Part shown: positions 52,963 to 64,000 of the stretch, in pieces
How positions within the stretch are numbered: the stretch's first letter is position 1
Layout: each line of letters starts with the position of its first letter
Source of the DNA: Eledone cirrhosa
Taxonomy: Eukaryota
NCBI GenBank assembly: GCA_964016885.1
Contig: OZ024740.1
Coordinates: forward strand, 65,720,001-65,784,000
Length of the DNA: 64,000 nt
Direction of reading: 5' to 3'
The notes under the pieces: generated by a model
The model's input: the letters and a program-made list of their open reading frames with translations, nothing else
Told to the model about the DNA's origin: nothing
Databases searched by the model: none
Translations under genes and position numbers: made by a program

Positions 52963-53020
52963 ATACTATGAACATTTCATTGACCGGGTTTAGTATGAAT
53001 CCGGTGACATCATCAGGTAT
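52963..53020 (-). ncRNA. Type I hammerhead
   Basis: ATAC CTGATGA [ACCGG...CCGGT stem II] GAAA TGTTCA TA GTAT. Confidence 0.7.
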
Positions 53021-53174
53021 TCGAAATTTAACAAAGGAATATAATAGACACAATCCGTTAGGCTGAAAAAGCAGACAGAGGAAAAGGCGGCCAAACAATA
53101 GCAGTTACCAGTCCGGTTGGCCGCCTTCAACCTAAATTAATATAAATATTATATATATATATATATATATATAT

Positions 53175-53290
53175 GAACAGTTTTAGGTCCTCGACGGCTG
53201 AGCTCTCACCGTTTCGACATCTAGATACGATCTAATGCACTGTTATTTCCAGTGAGGGGAATCTACCTGAACTCCTGAAGAGGTATAGTG
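53175..53290 (-). mobile_element. Family F relative, not folded back, with a degenerate complete hammerhead
   Basis: Minus strand reads CCTC TTCAGGA [57 nt] GAAA CGG...CCG TC GAGG. Confidence 0.5.
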
Positions 53291-54069
53291 CATATATGGG
53301 CAGAGTCTGCGCAGAAAAATCTAACATTTTCGATTGTTTTTATGTTTCTCTCCGGGAGTGGTCTGTGATCGGGCGCGGGAACATTGGTTCAAAAAGAAAA
53401 AGTACATAAATAACATCGAGAAATTTTTATTTCGGCGTATTTAAGTCAAAGAGAAAATAGCATAGTGTATTTATGTGTTTGTTAATTTGCTTTTTATTTA
53501 CGATTTCCTAAAAAGCTAAGCATTTATAATGTGTTACTGTATCCCACCCTCGTAGTGATTTCTGATTATCAATTGCTCTATGGCTCGAGAAGAGTGCAAT
53601 GTTCACTAATGTACTTATTTCAAACACCAATAAATCTACCATTAACCTTACAGATAGTTTTAGTTATCCTCAAAAACCTCCAAATTCTCCTCGAGGCTTC
53701 ACACACACGAATGTCTTCAGGAATAAAGAAAATGAAGTGATGAAGGAAGAATAGAAAGAAGGCAGTAAACCGAAATTGGGGTAAGAAATAGAAACATAAT
53801 GGAGAGGATAACATAGGTAGTGAAAGAGAGGAGAAACAGTTTGAATAGTAGGTAGATCTGATGGTTGTGTATGATGTCAGAACTAAGTGACTTTTGTCAA
53901 GTCATTCTCATCTCTGATTTTGGCTTGGTTACGAGGAGTATCATAAACAGGCTATCCATGGACAGCAGGAATAAGGGGTGGTTAAGAGGGAAGTTTGAGG
54001 TAGATGTGCTGAAATAAACCTCGATGTTTTGATATTTATACTCAATATTTACACTCACACACTCACGTG

Positions 54070-54416
<347 letters not shown>

Positions 54417-57343
54417 CATAACATTTATTTTATATGCTAATAAGTATTTGTTAGCATATGTACTTGTTAATCGCCAATATGTCAAGAAGAAACTAGGATG
54501 ATCTTGACATTAGCACATTATAACGTTATCTTATTTGTTAAATATTGAACTGTCAATTCTTGTAAACGTCACAGTAAATTCTGCGATAGTTACAGAAAAT
54601 TTCATTCGTGTTTCATGCTAATAATTCTAAATATAAGACATAATACATGTATTTGTGGCTTTCAGTATAATTTATTTTCAGTGCTCCTCAACAGATGTTC
54701 AGTCCCATATATGTGAAAATAGAGGAAATTGGGATACTGCATTGGAACCTTATCTTCTATTCAATTCGATACAAAATATTTACTACCTCTAGTATAACAG
54801 AAGTTGTTAATGGATAATTGATTGGCCACTAAGTCATGTATGTGTAACGTGACTAATTCGGAACCTGAATGTTTCTTTAAGATTGACTTGCGAATCACCC
54901 TCCATACATATTTATTTATTCAAGTTTATAGCAATGTTTGAACACAACAATGCGATTACAAATGATTCGGTTCACTGTGAGATCCGTATAATGTTATTTT
55001 ATTCATATATGCAAGATATTAAATATACTAGATTGTGGAGAAATATTTAGATCCTAAACCAAATCAATGTATATTCGCAAGGTATACCTCTGTACGTGTA
55101 TTAACATATAGGACAACGATGTTTATATCGCAACTGGATAACAGGATAGAAAGTGTAGAAGAGAACACGCCAACGTTTAGTTTTTATCTATGGAAAGGCA
55201 AAAAGTCTAACCAATTGATTCCGATGAAAATATACTTTGTTGTTTATTCCATGATTGAAAGTAAGTCGAAGTTGAATACATAGACTGATGCTTTAGAACA
55301 TGCTTTCCACGCTAATCATTCTTAACGTTCAAAAATATTTAATGTCGTATCATTTAAAAAATATAATATTTGACGTATTAAATATACGGGCTCGAGTTAA
55401 TTATATTACGCTGGATTGCTTGTAGTAAAATCTATTTTCTATTTGATGCATATTATCGTAATAAATACAAAGTGATGGCAACATGAATGGACCTGTTATT
55501 TTTCTCTATAAACATTTTCTTCGAGTGACATAGAGAAAGGGAGAGAAAACAGAGAGGGAGAATGAAAGAGAGAGCTGGTGGTGTTATTGTATATATTTAT
55601 ATGTGAGTGTGTGTATATATATATGTGTATATGTCTATGACCAGTGTATATAGATCACAGACACCCATATATATAAATACACTCACACATACATATATTT
55701 AACCAAACACATTTATATATATACATACACACACGTATATATATACGCTTTCCAGTTTCATTTCACATTATATACATGTCTGTATATTTTAATTATTTTT
55801 AAGTGAACATGATTTTTAAAAAATTTTTTTGAAGTGAACGTATTTTGAAGTCATAGGTGGTCTAGTATATATATAAGAATATTCGTATGACGCAATAATT
55901 TTTAGCTGTGTTGTTAGTCTTACATTCCACCATGCCATTTAGTTAAAATTAATATATTTAACTTAATTGAAACTGGTCTAAGATATTGTGTTTTTTATTC
56001 TATTTTAAGAGACTTTTTTTTTGGGGGGGGGGGATTCATGCACGTAGTTTTGAAACCGGAAGGGTATAACAATAACGTTTGTTATAGAAATGCTAATTTC
56101 CGCTATGTTTAACAATGGACAGGAAGTCTAGAAATAAATATGTATCATAGCAAGCATACAAACATCCAACAAACACAGATACAGAAAAAACGATCATACA
56201 AGAGGGGCCTATTTGTATGTTTAAACACATAATTCTTGAAATTATTTCTGTTATGGAAGATTATACTAGTGTTTCTATGATCATTTGCGTTAAACAACGA
56301 CGCCAGCAAACAATACATTATTACTATTGTTTCATAATATATTCAAAGGTTTAATGGCGAAATATGAACAATATTACGCAAAAGTGATTAAACACGAATG
56401 CATTTCATATCAGTCACACACATGAACAGACAAATATAGGTTATATACATTTAACTACATCGGTATTTAAATAAAATACCTCCGAGTTATACGCAAAATA
56501 CAGAATTTGACAAAACATGTAGCAAAGCTGGAGTGAAACAGAGGCAACCAGGAGAGAAAGAAATAGGAGAAACGACGAAGGGGTGAACAGAGATAATATA
56601 AATAACTAACTTTAACATATTCGTCTGTTTTACAATTGTATATGCCATTAGTCTATCACTACGTCGAAGGATGCTTGCCCGATGAGTTGGAATGTTTCAT
56701 TCTCCAGAGTATCCACATTTACTGACATCTGTAGAGACCTTTTGAATGTATAAAACAACTTTATGCACATTGAATTTTATTTTCTGTCGTCTCGGTTTCC
56801 TGGTGTTTTCCTGCATTCAGGAAACCTTATTTCTGAAGAACTACGTCAATTAATGTAACTAATTGCTTAGCAGCTTCATAAGCTAGCAACGCATCCAAAC
56901 ATGCATCAATATCTGTTTTTAACAAGAGGAAGCATTTCAGAGTGCTACCACTTCAGAATCAACTGTGCAGCTAATTCAAACCCATAATGTTAACAGCTTC
57001 ATTGTTTTATTCCTTTATTTATATAATTCCTGTTTCGACAAATCCTATCAGCGTGACAGTTTGAGTAGGAAATTAAATGAAAAATTCGAAAGTTTAATAT
57101 AAAGGAAAAAATGTTGAACAGAATCATTGTTAAAATATGTTGTCCATTCAGAGCACTTTGGAAGGAACACGTTCCATTAGTTAAAGACACCCTATTGAGT
57201 TGTTAATATAAATCCAGAAAACTCTTTAAAGGATGAATTGTTACAAAAATATGTATACACACACAATCAAACACACACATATACATGAGCACACACATAC
57301 ATACTTACTTACACATCAGTACACACACACACACACACACACA

Positions 57344-57377
<34 letters not shown>

Positions 57378-57382
<5 letters not shown>

Positions 57383-57585
57383 GAAAAGATTCAGGATCCT
57401 GACGGCTGAGCTCCGGCCCTTTCGACAGCTAGATCCGAACGCCTTCGGATCTAGCTGTTGAAACGGCCGGAGCTGAGCCGTCGGGGTCCTGAATCTTTTC
57501 CTATTACCCATTCTACTACCATAAGTATCGCGTACTATGGTGCGTTATGGTCCACACCTGCTTTCTTACCACACTTTCTTTGTTA
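57378..57585 (+). mobile_element. Fold-back element with tail (family F, copy 3)
   Basis: Hairpin 57378-57505 containing GAAA CGGC-loop-GCCG TC, plus the same tail; flanked by (TA)n. Confidence 0.82.
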
Positions 57586-57592
57586 TATATAT

Positions 57593-59170
57593 ACGTGGAA
57601 AAGTAAGAAATCGAAGAACAGACCGTTAATACATGTTTATTTAAAACAGCAGCGACGTACGTTTCGCCCGGTCGGGCTTCTCAAGGGCATACATAACCAA
57701 ACGCGTCCCTTACATGGCCCTGAAAGTGTTTTTTGGGGCAAGTTCTGGTCATAGTTCATTCTTCGCAAAAAAAGCGTGTTTTGATTTTGCAGTAGGTCAA
57801 GGGAGGTAACTCTGGCCGGTGCTAGGGCAGTCTTTCCCGGACAAATTTTTTATCCGTTACAAGATGTGGTTACAACCTTACCATTGTCGATACGCACAGG
57901 GTCAGGTAATCAACGCTTATTTTGAGACGTTTGTTTTACTGCACCTGCCCGCCTGGGTCATTTGAAGCTGGGTCTGGGATGCATGGATTGTTTGCTGGAT
58001 GTTTTTTGGAGCGCCTGCCCAGTGGAGTGTTAAAGCTTGTTGCAGGTAGACCCGGTACACGGTTTCACTCCTCATCCTTATCCCATCTGAAGAAGGATAT
58101 TTTTAAGCGATGTGTATAGCTTATCGTCGTTTCAGCTCTGCTGTTGATGAGCTCGTGGGGTGCAGTAATGACGTGGTAGAGCTCCATGAAGCAAAGATCG
58201 CACTTCCTCTTGAAGTTGTACGGTGCAGCCCTGCTGACAATATCCCAGTGCTTGGAGATGCTAATGTTTAAGTCTTTTAATGATGTGATGTTGTCCGCAG
58301 CGAAGTGGAATGTCTTAATTTCTTATTTGTGAAAGAGTGGAGATGTGTTCGAAATCTAATTTTGAACGGGCCAGATATAGCCCCTATATGATGTTTAATG
58401 CTATTGTGGCTAGTTACAGGGCACCTATATATAACCCTATCAGTCAAGCAGTATCCTCTAAGGGGGAAGCGTCCCCTTTCGCGGCAGTTGCATGTTCTGT
58501 CGCGGTTCCTTCTAATTCCCACGGTAAGGCTACCATTATTGCTATCTACGTTGTTATCCACGCTCCCGCACCTGTCGGTAGCACCATTATAACCTACTGG
58601 GCGCGGGGTGGTAAGATTATTATTCCGCACGTCATGTCCTGCATGTTCCCAGTCGTGTCGCGGTTATGCTGGTTGCGTCTGTAGAGGTTGTTGCCAGCAC
58701 TATTGGATGCTGCTAGGGAGGCGTTAAGGCCGATATCGTTATTGTTAGGTGTAGGTGCCTCTGTGCTAAGGTGCTGTGTCTTGGTGATCTTACTGTGGTT
58801 CGTTGTTCCTATGATGTCTGCTAGGTTAGGAGTAGTAGAAAAGGATATTTTTATATTGTTCCTATTAATGATATTTCTATACCTATGGTTGGGCGGGAAG
58901 TTCTTCTCTAAGGCTTCGAAGAATATCCGGGGTATGTTGGAGGCCACATTCCGAGAGTGGTGTGGGGGTGATAGGGGGGGCGTAGGACGTTACAGTGGCG
59001 ATTACGTGTCCTTGTACGTTTGCTACGGGTGGTTCCGGCAAGGTGACCGTTCCTATGCATGTCAATGCGCTGTAGCCCGTTAGGTGCCCCTTTCACTTTA
59101 TGCTCGGGTGCACTCTTCTTCTTTTTCCATGGTTATGTACAGGAAGATGTTGGTTGGAAGGTGTTAGTAG
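57593..59170 (-). mobile_element. Decayed 5'-truncated PLE (Hydra-type GIY-YIG)
   Basis: FFEALEKNFPPNHRYRNIINRNNIKISFS, CNCRERGRFPLRGYCL, VIY..HIG, CDLC. Hammerhead-like TTGAGAA-GCCC/GGGC-GAAA-CGTACG-TC at ~57652-57690. Flanked by (TA)n. Confidence 0.85.
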
Positions 59171-59227
59171 TATATATATATATATATATATACATATATA
59201 CATATATATATATATGTATACATATAT

Positions 59228-59298
<71 letters not shown>

Positions 59299-59662
59299 TA
59301 TTCGTAGAATAAAGACAAGAACTCAACGCAAGGAAGCTGCCAAAACAGCAAAATGCCATCAATGTCGGCATCGGGTAACATTTACCTCAGCAGATAAAAA
59401 TTCGGTGGCTGGGAGTGTGTTGGCTCGGTGTAGTAATAGGAAGAAGGAAGAAAGAGAAGAAAATGGTTGGGAAAACATAACACAAACGTTTAAATACACT
59501 CATCATCTTTTAGACCACCTGTGGTTTCGACGATATACTTTCCTCCTTTCTTCCTATCACTTCTACGGGCTTAAACCATTCTAGACGTTGATTTCTATAT
59601 TTAAAGTAAACTTTACCTGATGCTGTTATTGATACCGTTTTGCAGTTTTAACAGCATCCTTG

Positions 59663-59694
<32 letters not shown>

Positions 59695-59746
59695 CTATAT
59701 ATATACTAATAAATGCGAGTTACAAACACGATGTTTGAGATGACCT

Positions 59747-59816
<70 letters not shown>

Positions 59817-59892
59817 TATATATATGAGGAAAAAAGATGAAATCGAAAATGCAACTGGACTCTTTTTTTTTAAATATATATTTATTTGGTTC

Positions 59893-59928
59893 ATTTACCG
59901 GTTTCGCAGTTCTTCTGCTTTTCAAAAG
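59893..59928 (-). ncRNA. Degenerate minimal hammerhead
   Basis: TTGAAAA GCAG-AAGAA-CTGC GAAA CCGG TA; the core has two substitutions. Confidence 0.4.
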
Positions 59929-60258
59929 TTTAATTGACACAGAGGATCTGTGGTTTTGGTATATGTTTTATTAATTAATCAAACGTCACTAGTGTATTCA
60001 GGATAGAGTACTCGACGAGTTACGCATGTATCCCTGCGTACTCCGGAATATGGATATATCAATGAACTATATACATACGCTATTGCTGGTTTTGGGATCT
60101 TATACGCATTAATCATCAATCTGCTATGTTCTCAAATCCCCGAAGATTTGGCTTTTTTAACATCTGCCTTTATTCAGCCGTTACATCACTGGATTAAGCA
60201 AGTTTTCATGGGAGCTATAGGCGTCACCCATTGCGCCAGATGCCCTAGTAGTTTACCG

Positions 60259-61440
60259 ACTGATTCATATATCCTGATGGGAGACTTCAATGCATATGTT
60301 GGCAATGACGGCCAGAGATAGAAAGGGGAGTTTAGAAGGAAAGGCGATCCCGTTATTATGCCTTATTAGACTTCTGTTCTAGCAATGAATCCTCTATTAT
60401 GAACACATTTTTCCAGCACAAAGATATCTATAAATTTACATGGTATATATTGGGAATCAGGGGCAAAGATCAATAATTGATTTTGTTATTGACTCTGCTG
60501 TCTTTGAGTCTGTGTTGTAGATTAAGAGGGGGGCGGAACTGTCAACTGATCACCATCTAGTGATCTACAACTTGTGACTTCCTAAAGCCAAATAAGCCCA
60601 CGAAACTCCGAGGTCCAGGGAAACCTACAGAATAGTGGGATCCGTTGGTGAATTAGTAAGTCAGGACAAGGAACGGACTTAGTACTGCATCCAATCGAAG
60701 TGATATCCGTGAATAATGTGAGGACATTGAGACAGAATGGAGATATTTCGGCTCAGCTTTTAAATGCTGTGGGCGAAAGAAGCGAGAGTGGCGCCAGAAT
60801 ACAGGAGGACCTATTGATCCGATCAAGAGGTCGCATATGCCATCTGAGCAAAGAAGGGGGCTTACAAATCTTGGCTTGGAAATAAGTCTTACTTCTTGAA
60901 CTTGCGTTAGAAGCAGGCACGATGAATCGCAACAGAGAGGAGATTTAGCGGTTAAGCTAGAATCCGACTTCAGATCAACAAATAAAATCGTTCTGACAAA
61001 CCATCCGCCAACTGGATTTCTCCTCTCTTCGGAGACATGCATATTGGTAAGGTCGAGAGAATAATTTGCTGACCTCCTAAACTCGATCACGGCATCATCT
61101 TCCAATGTACACGAGGTGTATCTGGTAACAGTGACCAATCTCTCGAAGGCTGAGGTCACAAGAGTATTTAATGAGCTCAAATGTGGCAAGGTCACTGGGG
61201 AAGAGTAAATCCGTTCCGAGGTATTAAAATCCTTAAAAGGTTATGCTCTGGCTGGCTCATGTGTGCCTGGTTGCCTGAAACTCTGAAAATACACATAAGC
61301 AATGGCAACAGGAAGTTATAAGCCCGATTTTCAAAGAGGGAGACAAGACAGTTTGTTTTAATTAGAGAGGGATCGCCTCTCTGGTAAAATCTAAGCTAAC
61401 TGTCTGACAGAGATGCAGCGAGATTGTTGAGTTCACGCAA
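60259..61440 (+). pseudogene. RTE-clade LINE fragment (APE C-terminal half to RT start), heavily decayed
   Basis: DSYILMGDFNAYVGND, LLDFCS, MNTFFQHK, RSIIDFVI, RGAELSTDHHLV, LKCGK, PIFKEGD. Confidence 0.85.
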
Positions 61441-64000
61441 GCTAGTGAAGGAGAAGTAGAACCTTTATATATTTATATATATTTGAGTGTAAGTGCGAAT
61501 GTGTGTTTGTTTTTATGTGTGTGTCTGTGTGTGGGACTGCACCCGCGTTTCTGTTTCAAAGGCTTTCATCTAGAGATGAGTTTGTTGTTTATTAGATACG
61601 GCACAATGCTGTACACCGTTTAAGCATGGTTATTCCTCCTTCTTACTTGTCAAAAATCTATACATATTTCTTTTGAAAATATTGCCTGAAGAAAACAAGT
61701 CTAACCCAATATTGTAGACTAACGAACATAGAAGTTTCGTTCACGTCTTCTGTATTGATCAATTGTTAAAATAATTCCTACTCATGAAATTAACAGATAC
61801 GCTGCTATATCATCCACAGATGCATCTATAATTTACGGAATTTTGATGCCGATCAGCTCAACACATTTCGACAAGTTTTCACGAAGGTATCACGGTTCCA
61901 ATCTAGTGATAAAAAAGAGGTAGAGTGTGAACGAGAGAGAGGAGGAGAGAGAAATCATCGTTAGTAGTTATCTGGTGCTTTAATTAACAACTCTGAATGT
62001 ATGAAATGCAAAGTAGCATAAGGTGTTATTTGAACTCACAGTGCATAATGCCGGATCGAATACAGCAATGATTTCAATCAGACACACTAAGAATCCTGGT
62101 AATTTGCTGCATTCGATGTCTCATTTATAGATGATATGATATTTCACTGTATATTCGAACCAATTATTTGTGGCTACTCATTTTTTATTGTTTTTTTCCT
62201 TGTGGTGGTTCGGATGCTGCTACCACAGCTAAATGTTTCTAACTGTTCCTGTAATTTATCCGTTTTAATATCAGGGACTCTTAGCCTATGTGTCCATCTT
62301 TTTATTGAGTTGCAGTGTGATGTGAGTGGGATTTGACTTCTATTTCTCTCAAATACTTACATAAATTTAGGGCTTTTATGCTGTGCATATAGCTATTTCC
62401 ACAGTGCTGTCAGATATAAACATTTTTGCAAAAAAACATATGGTGAAGAACTTTGGGTCGTGTGCTATTCCCCTTTATGATGAGTTGGTGAAATGTCCCC
62501 TAATATAGCTTTGGGTTTACCAAAAACTTGCTCAACTGATACTTCATGGAATCCATCCGTATCTATAATTATATAAGCGTGCGTTTCATCTGTCTTTTCG
62601 GTACATCACTTTAAACCTATGTGCCTAGAGTTGCGTCTTTCTACTATAAACGCCACGGCAAAATGCCTTACGTTACCGTTCCAACTTACCATGTGATCTG
62701 AGACCAACAATCCCGAAACCAACTCCGCTTTATATACTTTCGGGTAGGATGAAATAAAAAGCAGTTGATAAGGTGATAGACGGAATTCTTATTGCATCGA
62801 TGGCTTGAAGTATTTTTAGTAGTTTTCTGCGTTCCGAATTTCTGGATGATAGATCTACTCTGTTTTTCACACTATCACTTTTTATTATTCCTGGCCTTTA
62901 GCACTGATCAGTCTGTTGCAATAATTCGAGCTTGCTCTGTTTAATTATAATTTCGTCCCTTACGTCACAAAATTGCGGGGTAAAAAAAACAAAACAATGT
63001 CTCATAGGCAATACATTTCCCTAAGAAACCAATGGATGAACAAACGGCTAATTGTAACCATTTCATTGTTATCCATACAATTAATAACAGCTGGAAATAT
63101 ATACTAGGAAATTTGATTGATTAAACACCTCGTTGGTGATTCCCTAAAATAGCGCACAACTGAGGGAAACCAATGAAATAAATAAATGAAGAGAATAAAA
63201 CATGCACCGCCAGCTGCAAGATATAAACTGAAAATCGATTACATGTTTGACCAGAAGATATTTAATCTTGGAATGTCCATCTCTGTACTTTATACAAATG
63301 TAATTTGAACATAATTATTTACAATTTACAATAAGCCTTTATAGCTTTAGTAAATATTGGTTCGCTTCATTGAAACAGTGAATTATTCCAACTATAATAT
63401 ATAAATTGTCTACTTAGTAATAAACGATCATGCTAATCTTGCAATATTTTTCGTCGATTAAGCAATATTTATATAACCAATGTCATTTCACCCTTTCAAA
63501 ATGGAAGTGCTATGATTTGGAAAATATTTCTTATTGTGGGCATTCGTGCATAAGTATTTCTATTAGACGGATTTGACAGAACTTGGAACAAATATACCTA
63601 ATATTGATTTATCTTAGCAAATACTATCATTGTGTTTTAAGAAAGGAGATGGAAAATAAAGAGAGAAGATTACTGATGAGGATATTAATGGATAGGGAAG
63701 GAAAACTACCAAAGCATCGATACACACAGATGCATGCATGCACATGCACACATTTTCAATATGCCTACGTACATACAGACAGATGTACAGAGTAACAGAC
63801 ATGCATACAGCAGCCAGATCTCCTTCAAATCTAACACTATAATTTTGCATAAAAGTTATTGGCCAATATATATTCGAATACACAATATATGTCAGAAATC
63901 CGATTTCTGCGATTATATACATACACACAGGGATACGATCTGTTCTCTGACAGTTTCAATAAAATATATATGTATAATATATTCGAATATATAGGAATAC

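Noticed and set aside
61960-62780. Very old SINE-like traces (also ~6990-7170)
   Set aside because: Too diverged to set boundaries by eye.

Overview
AT-rich eukaryotic genomic DNA with no recognisable intact host gene. It is probably from an octopod cephalopod; this is inferred from the tRNA-derived SINE family and the very high (TA)n/(GA)n/(CA)n density. The window is a nest of decayed mobile elements: an internally deleted mariner; a near full-length CR1-group LINE whose ORF1 has a Myb-like region, polyQ and two CCCH fingers; three head-to-tail L1/Tx1-clade LINEs each bounded by (TTA)n; an R4/Dong-type fragment; RTE fragments; many SINEs; and three Penelope-like element (PLE) coding remnants. 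The main signal missed by the ORF track is a dense set of type I hammerhead ribozyme motifs (CYGANGA...GAAA...NUH) from about ten distinct non-coding repeat families, mostly beside (TA)n. These include two tandem retrozyme-like families (486-nt and 425/448-nt units) and a recurring fold-back family. Also noted: a possible small intron fusing Tx1 ORF1 to ORF2 in frame, and two candidate paralogous symmetric mini-exons. Everything was read by eye; family and clade names come from recalled motifs, not searches, and boundaries are approximate.
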